From: a virus
Strand: one strand, 5' to 3'
DNA length: 64,000 bases
Virus record (IMG/VR): IMGVR_UViG_3300007513_001761
Coordinates: 32,001 to 96,000 of that record
The notes under the pieces are model-generated. The model ran no database searches and had not been told where the DNA came from. It saw only the letters and a program-made list of their open reading frames with translations. The translations under genes and the position numbers were made by a program. Shown here in pieces: positions 48,740 to 58,414 of this stretch; the first letter of the stretch is position 1, and every line of letters starts with the position of its first letter.

Positions 48740-49419
48740 AATTTATTCTCCATAGGAGTTAAAACTTTTGGGTTTACCACAAAAACTTGTTCATATCCCT
48801 GATGAAAATCTTTTTTATTCCAAACAATATCATATTCCAACTCACGAACTCTATTAATTTGTTCCTCATTATATCCAATCGAATCCATAGAAATCATAGC
48901 AACAGGCCCTATACTGAATTTTAAATCACTTAAATCCATCCATTTAGCGCCTTGAGAGATTTTAAAAGAGTTTAACTCTCCATGCATTGACGATAAATTC
49001 TTGTTTGCTGAGAGATATAAGGGAGTTAAATCTCCTTCTATCTTTCCACCATGATACCAAGTTTCTTGGTTTTCATTTATAGTCCTCACTAATTCAGGAT
49101 TCAACACAACAATCGAGGGTTCTTCTCCGTTGGGTTCTATAACTTTAACAATATCATATCCTTTAAACATTTCTTGTGGCTGCCAAATTTCTTGAAACTC
49201 TTGCCACCAAAAAACCTTGGGATAAACATTTGCTTGAGACAAATCAATTTCAACTTCAGATACTTGCCCATCTTTATGTTGTGCTGCATATTTTTCAGCA
49301 TATGTTTTATCTTTTGAATAGAACGTTCCAATGCGAGTAGGTAAGAAGTCCTTACCGCCTCCGTGATAATATACTTCCTCTTTCAAATACTCTCGCCAAT
49401 TTTCAAGTATAAGTTTCAT
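48736..49419 (-). CDS. Tandem ADP-ribosyltransferase-like domains with MKLILENWREYL leader
   Basis: Two repeats of YHGG...(F/L)S...YD...VxNP separated by INE; ATGA overlap at 49419. Confidence 0.55.
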   Translation of the reverse strand: MKLILENWREYLKEEVYYHGGGKDFLPTRIGTFYSKDKTYAEKYAAQHKDGQVSEVEIDLSQANVYPKVFWWQEFQEIWQPQEMFKGYDIVKVIEPNGEEPSIVVLNPELVRTINENQETWYHGGKIEGDLTPLYLSANKNLSSMHGELNSFKISQGAKWMDLSDLKFSIGPVAMISMDSIGYNEEQINRVRELEYDIVWNKKDFHQGYEQVFVVNPKVLTPMENKL

Positions 49420-49940
49420 TTCTTCAGCCCTTTTATATTGTGACCACCGCGCGCCCACTCTGAGTGCATGATGTGTCCTGTCTGATTATAGTCTCGCCAG
49501 CCCAGCGCATGACCAAGCTCGTGTTCCATAATTCTCTCCGAATCTCCCCAACCTGACATTATCTCTATTTTAGCTTTGAGGATTTGATTAGTATCCTTAT
49601 GTACCCAGGTTCTTGTGATTGCTAAGTGTTCTGACATGTGAAAATCTTGACTCGCTAGATTAATTAGTATTTCTCCATACAAAACAATATCTTTGAGACA
49701 ACTAAAATCATCAGAGTCAGCCACAATTACTTCTCCAATGGTGTATCCCAGCTTTCGCCAAAACTCGGCCGCTTGTTCTACTCGTGCAGGCTTAACCGGC
49801 GCACCATCGCAGATGATGATCGTTGGCTCAACTTTCCATTCGGCGTTTTGAATCGGAGGTCCAAAAACGATTGAAGCCTCTTCCGGCGGTTGAGTACTGA
49901 TCCCATACGAGAATACTAAAAACCACAACAGAGACTTCAT
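49416..49940 (-). CDS. Matrixin-like (M10) exported metallopeptidase
   Basis: Signal peptide; HELGHALG...IM Met-turn. Confidence 0.75.
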   Translation of the reverse strand: MKSLLWFLVFSYGISTQPPEEASIVFGPPIQNAEWKVEPTIIICDGAPVKPARVEQAAEFWRKLGYTIGEVIVADSDDFSCLKDIVLYGEILINLASQDFHMSEHLAITRTWVHKDTNQILKAKIEIMSGWGDSERIMEHELGHALGWRDYNQTGHIMHSEWARGGHNIKGLKK

Positions 49941-49952
49941 TCATTGATACTC

Positions 49953-50069
49953 CTAATCACCACCATAAGTGATCCAAAGTTCGATCACCTCTTCATACTC
50001 TGCGATGTCACTGGCTTTCAATTCTTCCAGCCCATCATCCAGATGTTTCGTCTTTTCTTCTGTTTCCAT
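49953..50069 (-). CDS. Small acidic protein (38 aa)
   Basis: Manual translation METEEKTKHL...WITYGGD*; fills the gap. Confidence 0.4.
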   Translation of the reverse strand: METEEKTKHLDDGLEELKASDIAEYEEVIELWITYGGD

Positions 50070-50454
50070 ATCGTTCTCTCACTTTGTCGGCTAATGGAAT
50101 AGGTTCTCCATCACCGTCTACTCTTATATAGGTAATTTCTGTCTCACAAACCGCTTTTTGTGTTCCATTATATGGGCTATGCCTACGAGCCTCCAGCCGG
50201 ATACACACAGAGGTCGTCCCAACGCCGCACACTTCCCCGTAAATTTTGATTAGATGTCCAGGTCTCACTGGCTTTTTGAAGGTGGTCTCAGACATCTTGA
50301 GGGTCACCATGCGCGGTGTATCGCAGCACTGGGCCGCATATGCACCACCGGCTTCGTCTAGCCAACTGAGCATGACTCCTCCGAAGAGATTGCCATGGAC
50401 TCCGATGTTCTGCCCCTTGCAGATGTGGGTTGAAATCAGTTCCATCTCATCCAT
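50035..50454 (-). CDS. Acyl-CoA thioesterase (hotdog fold, YciA-like)
   Basis: HGNLFGGVMLSWLDEAG, FKKPVRPG, VGTTS. Confidence 0.9.
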   Translation of the reverse strand: MDEMELISTHICKGQNIGVHGNLFGGVMLSWLDEAGGAYAAQCCDTPRMVTLKMSETTFKKPVRPGHLIKIYGEVCGVGTTSVCIRLEARRHSPYNGTQKAVCETEITYIRVDGDGEPIPLADKVRERYGNRRKDETSG

Positions 50455-53065
50455 TCAACGCAGCGAGCAAACGCTCGACTTTCAATAACTGAGTCTCTTC
50501 ATTTTTGTAGCTTTCAGCATAACCACCAGCGCCAGAACCCACTTGTGTTCCACTAAGGGGGATTTTCTCCTGAAGCATGTCCCGAAAAACCTCGTTAGCA
50601 ACTCGATTAATTTCGTCTTGATCGTCCCAAACCTCTACAAGGTTGCGTAAAACTGCGGCTTGTGCGTCAGAACTCTCCTCGTGTACCGAAAACATAACAT
50701 TAAGCTCTTCGCTTTCACCTTCGGTACCATGAATGCCGACAAGGTCAATATCTAAGGGCATTTCTGGGTAGTGTTCCATTTTTGTGTTTTTGAATGCTGG
50801 TGCTGTCATTCGTCGTCTAATCTCAAGCCAGTAATTGCGATCTGCGAAAATCTGAGCGGCTTGTTCTTCTGTGGCACCCAAATCAGCATACCACACTTCT
50901 GGGTGGGCTGTGAAATTGATAAATTCGAATTCATCCATTTCATAACCTTCTTCTGCGTGGGTTTCCCAATGATACAAATCCAGATTGTCATTCACTACAT
51001 CGTTTCCTAAGTGCATCACACCACCGCCTTTCATTGCGCCTTCGCGCTTAAAGAAGTTCGTTAAAAGAAACTTGATAGGTTCGCGTTTTTCGTCAACTTC
51101 GGCATCAACCGCCTCACAAAAATCTTCATAGTCTTCTGGAGCATAGGCATATTCTTGACCACCCCTACCTAAAAGCTTGCTTGGTTCAACATCAATTCGT
51201 AAATAGTTTCGCGCCTGCCCTCCAGCGCCCGGAGTCCGACGCATCTGGTTGGGATAATCTGCCTTAACCCACGGAAAGCCATATTCTTGCAATTGTTCTA
51301 GCGCATAACCAATTACCTCAATGCCAGGCCATATTTTCCATTCATCATCATCCCAGGTTATAATGATGTCAGCCTCACATGCTATATACACGCCATCACC
51401 ACCATCATCAAGAGCAGTAGCTTCAACTGAGGTGACTGCCATCATTTCATTAACGCGTTCTGATATTGCGTTACATTCGGCTTGATAGCGTTCCAGCAAT
51501 CCACTCACTAGGTTTGAATCAAGCTCGTCTTCTGTGGTTTCATCGCGCTTGGGTGTCCCGGAGACTTGTGCTTTTTTGCCGAACAGTGCTGCCACTAAAC
51601 TAGAAATAGGGGTGTCTTCGTAAGAACCTCCAAATTTAATGAAGTTGCTAAGATCGATTGTTCCAAATTGCCATGGTTCATCGCCCCATTTATCACCGTA
51701 AGCGCGACTAGTATCTCTGGGTGCGTCTTCTAGCTGTTTGGCTTGATTTTCTTGAGCCCAAGTCATTACGCGTTTGCGGAATCCGGGTATTGCCGCTCCG
51801 TAAACCCGGCTTTCGGGTACCGCTAGTTGCACGCCGTCATAGGGATTAAATTCCTTCTCGCCGGCGCGCTTGATACGCAAAAAGAGCGCACGCAACTCTT
51901 CCTTGCTCAAATGATCCGGAAGATCATCGAGTTTGCCGTACTTGGCTAGCAAAGACTCTTGCTCCTCGGCGCTGTAGTAACGTACTTGTCGTATACGCAA
52001 ACGAGAAACAGGATTAATCCAGCCATTATCGTAATGACTTCGCGTGTCATCAAAAAAGACCTCATCTTCTTGAAATTCGCGGCTGTCAACAATTTGGTCT
52101 AAGGTTACATCTTTGCCGTAGTTCTCTAAAATGTTTTCTGTTTTCGCAACATATGCGACGGCGCCGTGTCCATGAGCTTCGGCCACTGCACATTTATAAT
52201 AGGAGTCACCACCGCCGCGCGATGGAGGAGAATGACAAGAAGTAATATCCTCAAAGTCACTCATCCGTAAAATATCGATAGGATTGCGAGTGATAATAAT
52301 AGAATATTGATTTCCGCTCGCCTTGTCAAGATTCTTTTTAATATAATCAGCATTTTCTTGCCAATAACGCGCCAACTCCTGAATAGCTTTAGTTGACGCC
52401 AACTCTCGGGGAATTCCACCCCTGACTTGGGCGCCCATCATGTCAATGTAAGATCCTAATCTATAATAATTTTTTAATTCTTCTTCACTTAATGCTGCCT
52501 CGATCTCTGTACCGGTAAATCCAGTAACAGTGTTCGGGGTCTTCTCTTCTATTTTTTTTCTTAAAACATCATATTTGATGCGATAATCTATCATTTTGGA
52601 TAAAAACTTACCAATTTTCATCTTAATTTTCTTGCTTTTGTGGGACATTCCACGACCCAAATTCATAATCGTGTTTGTCATTCCATCGGGACTTAAGTCA
52701 ACCAATTGGCGTTCACCTTCAATTGTGCCTTTTTCCCAATCAACGGTGTAGCCCAGATCGTCCCATAATCTTATAAACCTTCCTAGCTCTGTACCGGCAT
52801 CCAAGGTGGGAAAATCAAGAATTAAGCGCATTTTGCCATCGAAAATCTTATCGAATGCCATGTCTTCGCTTGGCATGTCATCAATGGCCGTTCGAATGTG
52901 CTCTATTTCATCTTCCGAGATTTCTCTAAGTAATCTGTCTTTCTTTTCCAGCTTGATGATTTGTTTTTTGTATAATTCTTTACTTTCTTCGTCTGCGGGC
53001 GGCGTTCCTTGTCCAAAACCACCCTCAGTAAGAAATTTCTTCCATGTATTATTAAAAGTTCTCAT
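50447..53065 (-). CDS. Large hypothetical protein with NTWKKFLTE leader
   Basis: 872 aa; MRTFNNTWKKFLTE; conserved-looking RMSDFEDITSCHSP. Confidence 0.75.
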   Translation of the reverse strand: MRTFNNTWKKFLTEGGFGQGTPPADEESKELYKKQIIKLEKKDRLLREISEDEIEHIRTAIDDMPSEDMAFDKIFDGKMRLILDFPTLDAGTELGRFIRLWDDLGYTVDWEKGTIEGERQLVDLSPDGMTNTIMNLGRGMSHKSKKIKMKIGKFLSKMIDYRIKYDVLRKKIEEKTPNTVTGFTGTEIEAALSEEELKNYYRLGSYIDMMGAQVRGGIPRELASTKAIQELARYWQENADYIKKNLDKASGNQYSIIITRNPIDILRMSDFEDITSCHSPPSRGGGDSYYKCAVAEAHGHGAVAYVAKTENILENYGKDVTLDQIVDSREFQEDEVFFDDTRSHYDNGWINPVSRLRIRQVRYYSAEEQESLLAKYGKLDDLPDHLSKEELRALFLRIKRAGEKEFNPYDGVQLAVPESRVYGAAIPGFRKRVMTWAQENQAKQLEDAPRDTSRAYGDKWGDEPWQFGTIDLSNFIKFGGSYEDTPISSLVAALFGKKAQVSGTPKRDETTEDELDSNLVSGLLERYQAECNAISERVNEMMAVTSVEATALDDGGDGVYIACEADIIITWDDDEWKIWPGIEVIGYALEQLQEYGFPWVKADYPNQMRRTPGAGGQARNYLRIDVEPSKLLGRGGQEYAYAPEDYEDFCEAVDAEVDEKREPIKFLLTNFFKREGAMKGGGVMHLGNDVVNDNLDLYHWETHAEEGYEMDEFEFINFTAHPEVWYADLGATEEQAAQIFADRNYWLEIRRRMTAPAFKNTKMEHYPEMPLDIDLVGIHGTEGESEELNVMFSVHEESSDAQAAVLRNLVEVWDDQDEINRVANEVFRDMLQEKIPLSGTQVGSGAGGYAESYKNEETQLLKVERLLAALNG

Positions 53066-53211
53066 AATTTATCCATCCATTCGTACAGTGCCACAACCAT
53101 CACAACCTGGAAAACACAAAATGTTAAATACAACACGCATGCTTTCAAATCTCCATAATAATCAGTCTCGTCAATCCAGAATTCTCTCCAAATATGGTGA
53201 AACCTAATCAT
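53062..53211 (-). CDS. Small membrane protein (49 aa)
   Basis: Manual translation MIRFHHIWREFWIDE...; overlaps both neighbours. Confidence 0.5.
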   Translation of the reverse strand: MIRFHHIWREFWIDETDYYGDLKACVLYLTFCVFQVVMVVALYEWMDKL

Positions 53212-53683
53212 CTTTTACATTTTTTAATGCCTTGTCTAATAAATAGACTGGAAATGTTCTTAATTCGAGAGCTTTTTCGCTTTTTATTTCCTCAATTGTT
53301 GCCCATTTGTGATCTGAATGTTCAATAATTCCTGTTTTTGGGTTTTTAACAAACTTTACATCACCGCTCCACTGCGTAGTGACGTAATAATATTTGTCTG
53401 CGTCATCAGTTTGTATTTTATCAACGTATTTTAAATTTGTTAAGGAAGAGTCAAGCCCAGTTTCTTCTTGTAGTTCTCTTAGGGCCCCAGCCTCAATAGA
53501 ATTATCGTCATCGTCTATGTGACCACCGGGCAAATCCCAATATCCTTGTTTAGAATCTTCGCCAGGCGAACGTTTAATTACAAGAATCTTCATATCTTCG
53601 TCTATACAAACGATTGAAGCTATGGATTTACGTTCTTTTTTATTTTCTTTAAGATAAGTGGTCCATGTAGTCGAATAACTCAT
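53204..53683 (-). CDS. Nudix hydrolase with TWTTYLKE leader
   Basis: PGGHID...GALRELQEETG Nudix box. Confidence 0.9.
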   Translation of the reverse strand: MSYSTTWTTYLKENKKERKSIASIVCIDEDMKILVIKRSPGEDSKQGYWDLPGGHIDDDDNSIEAGALRELQEETGLDSSLTNLKYVDKIQTDDADKYYYVTTQWSGDVKFVKNPKTGIIEHSDHKWATIEEIKSEKALELRTFPVYLLDKALKNVKDD

Positions 53684-53686
53684 GGG

Positions 53687-54451
53687 TTAGCGGCATGCCC
53701 TGTGTTTGTTATTTTTCGCTTCGCATAACATTTGCAATGCTAAATCCATGTGGATGTTTTGAATTGGAGCCACCCACATCAAATTTGCGATTACTTGATG
53801 ATAGCCCGTAGAGTGTGCGTGCTCAACGTCTATGCCCCACAAAACTCCCACGATGTCTCCAGTCGAATCATAAACCAAAGAGCCGCTGCAGCCAAACCAG
53901 CCGTGCGTATGTAGCAGTATTTGCATCCCCGCATCCGTTAAAATCTCATACCCCGCTACCCGGCCACGAAAGGTCATCAATCGATGATCGGAGGGATATC
54001 CAGAGTAAGTAATTTCTTCTCCTACGTCTATAATGTCTTTGCGCGGAGAGAACTTCAAAGGTTTCGCAAATTGAAATTCTTGTAGAACATATAAAACAGC
54101 TACATCGTGCAATTCGTCAGAATAAACCAAGACACATTCTCTAATTTCTGTTCCTTGGAGCGCATAGTACCGGCCACCTAAAATCCCGTCTGCTACATGT
54201 TGTGCAGTGAAAACCAAGGTTAAACCTTTGTAATTAACCAAAGCGCCACTTCCATGACCTCCGCGTGCACCAGCCTTAACTACTTTTACAGCAGCATCCC
54301 GGACCTTTTGTTCGACTGCGGTGATAGTAGAGCTAATGGGGACCGGCTCTGTGTTCATAGATGTATCTAAAAACGGGGCAACTTCTTCCATGCTTGCAGC
54401 CTGCACAGTTGTCGAAAACAAGAGCGCGGCAATGATCATAATGTATTTCAT
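53687..54451 (-). CDS. Trypsin-like (S1) exported serine protease
   Basis: Signal peptide MKYIMII; TAQHV, DVAVL, GCSGS; AAGGAG SD. Confidence 0.85.
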   Translation of the reverse strand: MKYIMIIAALLFSTTVQAASMEEVAPFLDTSMNTEPVPISSTITAVEQKVRDAAVKVVKAGARGGHGSGALVNYKGLTLVFTAQHVADGILGGRYYALQGTEIRECVLVYSDELHDVAVLYVLQEFQFAKPLKFSPRKDIIDVGEEITYSGYPSDHRLMTFRGRVAGYEILTDAGMQILLHTHGWFGCSGSLVYDSTGDIVGVLWGIDVEHAHSTGYHQVIANLMWVAPIQNIHMDLALQMLCEAKNNKHRACR

Positions 54452-54453
54452 TT

Positions 54454-55023
54454 TTATAATGTTCTCCTTTTTGAATCTAAAATGGTACTCACTAAATGAA
54501 TTCGATTGGATTCTCCTCCGTTTAGCGCTGTATGATATCTTAATGTGTTGGTATAATAAACTGAACCATTGGCCGGCAAGTGCGTACAAAAATTATCCGC
54601 TATAAACAAGCAGCCTGGATTGGTTAGAAGTGGGATGTGGAGCCGAGGTTCTGGATCTCGATGGTAACTTAAACATCCGCGAGGTTCCAATAAAAGAAGG
54701 CGCATGCGCCCCAACGTAAAATATGCGGATAATTCTTCATACACTGTTTCAAAATACGTGTTTTTTATTTCGGGAATTAATTCTGTGTAAAGACTTTCAT
54801 CTACAAAGTTTTCGCGTTGAACTTCTTTATACTCATCGTTTTTCATCCAAAATATTCCACGTGGATCCACTTCTTCTCTATTGGGAATGCAATTTAAGCT
54901 AATGGCTTTTACTAATCCGTTAGAATGCTCAATGTCATCCAATAATGTAACATATGCAACCAATAATTCATCTATGTCAAATCTAACAAACGAGAGGTCG
55001 TATATATCATTGTTATAAATCAT
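54454..55023 (-). CDS. Asp/Asn beta-hydroxylase-like 2OG-Fe(II) oxygenase
   Basis: YHRD, RLHIPL, HTALNGG, RIHLV. Confidence 0.8.
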   Translation of the reverse strand: MIYNNDIYDLSFVRFDIDELLVAYVTLLDDIEHSNGLVKAISLNCIPNREEVDPRGIFWMKNDEYKEVQRENFVDESLYTELIPEIKNTYFETVYEELSAYFTLGRMRLLLLEPRGCLSYHRDPEPRLHIPLLTNPGCLFIADNFCTHLPANGSVYYTNTLRYHTALNGGESNRIHLVSTILDSKRRTL

Positions 55024-55062
55024 ACCCAATCCTGAATAAGAACAAAGTAATTAGAACCATTT

Positions 55063-56679
55063 TTAAGTACCCGTATCCTTTTCTTCAGGACAGTCATAAA
55101 TTGGAGCATAACTGATGTAAATCTCAGAACCCGCCGAAGGGATATTGCTGTTATCAAAAACCACTACATTCCCGGTAGACTCGTAGGTCCAATCAGTGCT
55201 GGTAACCCCGTCTACCTTTACATAAATCGATTGTTCTATGGGTTCTTGTGTCAGAAGAAACGAGGACTTTAAGATCGATTCGTTGGCCAAAGTCTCCAGC
55301 GGGGTACCCCAGTCATCTTCGCAGATTGATAAGTACACTCCATTTAAATATGAAACAGTAGTGTAGTACTCAGTGCCTTCTTGCGCTCCACCGTTGGCAG
55401 TGCAGCCACCAGGATAGTCGCCAGCCACAGCGTGCGCTGTAACATAGTCTGCATCGCCCTTTGCAGCTACCGTATATGTTTTGATACTAGTAGGAGTAAT
55501 TCCACTTGAAGAATCATCTTCGTCAGATACATATATAATGATTAATTTGGAATCAGTTCTCCAAAAATCACTTCCAGGTCCAAAGTCGTAACCGGCTTGA
55601 AGGGCGTAATAAGAATAGAAAAGACCTTTTTCGCTAGCGCTGCCTTGTGTTCCAATATCATCAATGATGGTGGCTACTTCTGAGACAGGGTCAAGAGTGG
55701 AAGTGGTAATTAGAGTTCCTTCTGCGTGATAGCTGTCGGTGGTAATAAATCCTATGTGATAATCCACACCAGACGTATCTAATACGTTCATAAACGTATC
55801 AAAGTTGGTAGCCAGTTGTGTTTGTTTATCGTTCATGGAACACGAATTGTCTACGACAAATAAAATATCCACTGCATCAATTTGGCTTTGCTCAAACGTT
55901 TCTTCATAAGTTGAGGTATAGGCGCCATCAGCTACTTGATCAGCACTAGCTAACGGCGTTTGAGGATCATTAGACTGAATCTCGATAACAGCAGCATCCG
56001 TATCAATGTCTGTTGGATAATATTGTACCTGCAAGACTACAGCATCCCCCGGAGCCAAAATCCAAGGCAGAGCACCATATGTGTCTTCGTAATCTTCTAT
56101 CGCAAAATCGGCTGGGTATGTCACAAAATAATCAATTTGGTCGATAACTAGCTCTACATCTCCGATATTGGTAATTGTAACGTCGAGACTCTCCTCGCAG
56201 CCAACCAACACAGAATTAAAGTCAAAAGTTTCAGGCTCAACGCTAATAACAGGGGCCGAACCGTCTCCTACCAATGTGACAGGAACCGTTGGTGTCTCAT
56301 AATCATTAGAGAGAATAGAGACAGAATTAGAATTCGTCTCATATGTTTCAGGGTCGTAAGTTACTGTAAATGTTGCGCTTTCTTCCGGTTCAAGCGAATC
56401 ATTACCCACGAGAGAAGAGACGGTAAATGCACTGCTAGCAATATCAAGCTGGATGCTATCTATATCTAATGTATCGGTGCCACCATTTGTGATTGTCACA
56501 GTCTCGGTAACCGTATCCCCATCTGCATTGAGGGTTCCGAAATTTATGAGTGTAGGGTCCACCAGTATATCTGGATTCTCGGGAGGTGGCGGATTGTCAG
56601 TTTCTATCTTAGTTACACTATAATCGCTGCATGCTCCCAAAAGTACTACAAAAGGTAGTAATTTTAATAGGTGCCCCAT
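55063..56679 (-). CDS. Lipoprotein with two Ig-like (choice-of-anchor D-type) domains and a vWA domain
   Basis: Lipobox LGAC; two VTITNxG...SND repeats; DILFVVDNSCSM; VSDEDD. Confidence 0.85.
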   Translation of the reverse strand: MGHLLKLLPFVVLLGACSDYSVTKIETDNPPPPENPDILVDPTLINFGTLNADGDTVTETVTITNGGTDTLDIDSIQLDIASSAFTVSSLVGNDSLEPEESATFTVTYDPETYETNSNSVSILSNDYETPTVPVTLVGDGSAPVISVEPETFDFNSVLVGCEESLDVTITNIGDVELVIDQIDYFVTYPADFAIEDYEDTYGALPWILAPGDAVVLQVQYYPTDIDTDAAVIEIQSNDPQTPLASADQVADGAYTSTYEETFEQSQIDAVDILFVVDNSCSMNDKQTQLATNFDTFMNVLDTSGVDYHIGFITTDSYHAEGTLITTSTLDPVSEVATIIDDIGTQGSASEKGLFYSYYALQAGYDFGPGSDFWRTDSKLIIIYVSDEDDSSSGITPTSIKTYTVAAKGDADYVTAHAVAGDYPGGCTANGGAQEGTEYYTTVSYLNGVYLSICEDDWGTPLETLANESILKSSFLLTQEPIEQSIYVKVDGVTSTDWTYESTGNVVVFDNSNIPSAGSEIYISYAPIYDCPEEKDTGT

Positions 56680-56703
56680 ATTATTAACTATGCTGCCGCC
56701 ACG

Positions 56704-56856
56704 CTATTTTCGTAAGAAAATGAAATTAAGCAACAAAACATTTATGATAGAGAGAACCTGCAAATGAGAAAGTTGCAGATGTGTAGCCAACACAAACAAC
56801 ACAATGTTGGCCACAATAGCCGAGATGCACGAATAAAAGTAGATTTTTCCTAGCAC
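56704..56856 (-). CDS. Small membrane protein (50 aa)
   Basis: GTG start 6 nt after CTAGTTA; two hydrophobic segments. Confidence 0.5.
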   Translation of the reverse strand: MLGKIYFYSCISAIVANIVLFVLATHLQLSHLQVLSIINVLLLNFIFLRK

Positions 56857-56879
56857 TTTAAATAACTAGGGAATTAAAT

Positions 56880-57125
56880 TTAAGAATGTGAAATTATTCT
56901 TATATTGTGCGTGATTTCAATTTTCCTTTGGCGCCCAGTATCGAACATATAGGCATATACATGAGGAAACATTCCCATCTGATAGTCGTCTTCTCGTTCA
57001 ATCTTGTCAGTTACGACAATTCCATAACTTTCTTGCTCGATTTCCATTTCATAGCTCATTTGTCTTAAGCTAATCAAATCGCCCTTTTTAATTTCCCAAG
57101 TTACATGACTGTAATTACGGCTCAT
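56880..57125 (-). CDS. Hypothetical SH3-like protein
   Basis: IKKGDLI...GIVV...IRIIS. Confidence 0.6.
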   Translation of the reverse strand: MSRNYSHVTWEIKKGDLISLRQMSYEMEIEQESYGIVVTDKIEREDDYQMGMFPHVYAYMFDTGRQRKIEITHNIRIISHS

Positions 57126-57589
57126 AAGTTGTCAATTTCCTCTTGCATCCACTCTTCGGCCATTTCGAAATTAGCGAAGATAGGCGAGAAGCCAGCGAGA
57201 TATCGAGACGTGCCCATCTCCAAGAGTGCCCATTGCCACTTCCAGTCGCTCTCAGCACATAGGGTAAGGGCAGCACAGGCGTGCACCCCCGCTTCAATTT
57301 TCACGTCCTTTAGGCGCCCGCGCACGACGCGAGAACGTTTGCGCATGTCAGCTTCCTTGGTTAGTGATTGTCTTTCTTGCTCTCGCATTTGTGGCAAATC
57401 TCCTCTCAAGATGAGTACATGCGAATCGCGATATTTTTTACTAAATTTTTTTCTAACATTTTCGTTGTAATACTCATTCACCGTTTCCGGGTCACCATAC
57501 TCAAACACATGAAAGGGAGCTTTAGCGCGTCTCCCGTTTTTAAAAAGCTTATACACATTCCAATTATAATTCAAAAGAACCTCCGTCAA
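57122..57589 (-). CDS. Hypothetical protein
   Basis: 155-aa ORF overlapping neighbours. Confidence 0.65.
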   Translation of the reverse strand: MTEVLLNYNWNVYKLFKNGRRAKAPFHVFEYGDPETVNEYYNENVRKKFSKKYRDSHVLILRGDLPQMREQERQSLTKEADMRKRSRVVRGRLKDVKIEAGVHACAALTLCAESDWKWQWALLEMGTSRYLAGFSPIFANFEMAEEWMQEEIDNL

Positions 57590-57863
57590 TAGATTGCCAT
57601 TTTATTATACCAAGAATTATAGATAATTTCAACTGTTCTTCTTCCCAAAGTGAAAGTTTTAGAGCTTCATTGGTGCGGAATTGGCCTCCACGCTCTCCAC
57701 TTGTCCACTTGATTTCCCAAAAATATAAATCGTCTTGAAGGATGTCGATTCGACGTTCGCGCTTAAGCAAGAAACCTATCGCGTTAGTAGAAGCATCAAT
57801 TATCACATCGCCAACAGCGAGAGTGATTTGATTTAGTTCTTCTTTAAGTGCATCGATTGTCAT
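57564..57863 (-). CDS. Hypothetical SH3-like protein
   Basis: LAVGDVIID...IGFL...WEIKW; paralog of 57874..58143. Confidence 0.65.
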   Translation of the reverse strand: MTIDALKEELNQITLAVGDVIIDASTNAIGFLLKRERRIDILQDDLYFWEIKWTSGERGGQFRTNEALKLSLWEEEQLKLSIILGIIKWQSIDGGSFEL

Positions 57864-57873
57864 GCATTAATTA

Positions 57874-58143
57874 TCACCCAGGTGCACTTAAAACGCATGT
57901 TTCTATTAAAAGAATTAATCCTTCTTCGGTATAGGTTTGCAAGCGATCCAGTGGCCATGGTCCAGGACCCACCCAAAAAATATCCCAGACCCACACAACT
58001 CCCGCCTCATAATTGATTTCTTCCATAACCAAGACTAAATCGTCATCTTCTTCGAAGATGTTATATCGTCTGACTAGCACGCCGATTTCTCTCGCAGCGT
58101 GGTCTATAAGTATGTCGCCAGATTTAAGGGGTTTTTGCTCCAT
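57874..58143 (-). CDS. Hypothetical SH3-like protein
   Basis: LKSGDILID...IGVL...WDIFW...EEGL. Confidence 0.65.
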   Translation of the reverse strand: MEQKPLKSGDILIDHAAREIGVLVRRYNIFEEDDDLVLVMEEINYEAGVVWVWDIFWVGPGPWPLDRLQTYTEEGLILLIETCVLSAPG

Positions 58144-58399
58144 GCATGCGAACTCTCAACCAATTAGGTTCTTCGTTGATGCAAGATGCAATTTGTGTAT
58201 ATGTATTGTCGCTCGCATCAACTATACATATGTTGTTCGGGCCCTTAATCGGCACAATGTTCGAATCCGAAGTGTTTCTAAACATATTTGCGGCAAAATT
58301 GACAGCAGTTGTGGGTCGATCTTCCACAATCGGTCTCTCCGCATAATCAAAACCAAATAAAAAAGCGGCTACTAAGCCAAACATGGTTAAAAGTTTCAT
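58124..58399 (-). CDS. Exported/membrane hypothetical protein
   Basis: Signal-like N-terminus; GAGGA SD. Confidence 0.6.
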   Translation of the reverse strand: MKLLTMFGLVAAFLFGFDYAERPIVEDRPTTAVNFAANMFRNTSDSNIVPIKGPNNICIVDASDNTYTQIASCINEEPNWLRVRMHGAKTP

Positions 58400-58414
58400 T
58401 TTTTACAATCCTCG

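Larger units (their letters stand above)
47672..49419 (-). repeat. Three 35-bp direct repeats encoding the shared leader (47672-47706, 48705-48739, 49385-49419)
   Basis: Copy 1 reads ATGAAACTCCTACTTGAAAATTGGCGAGAGTATTT; the other two each differ by 2 nt. Confidence 0.9.

Noticed and set aside
47672-49419. Leader repeats as a diversity-generating retroelement
   Set aside because: No reverse transcriptase in the window; the repeats are short and N-terminal, unlike DGR template/variable repeats.
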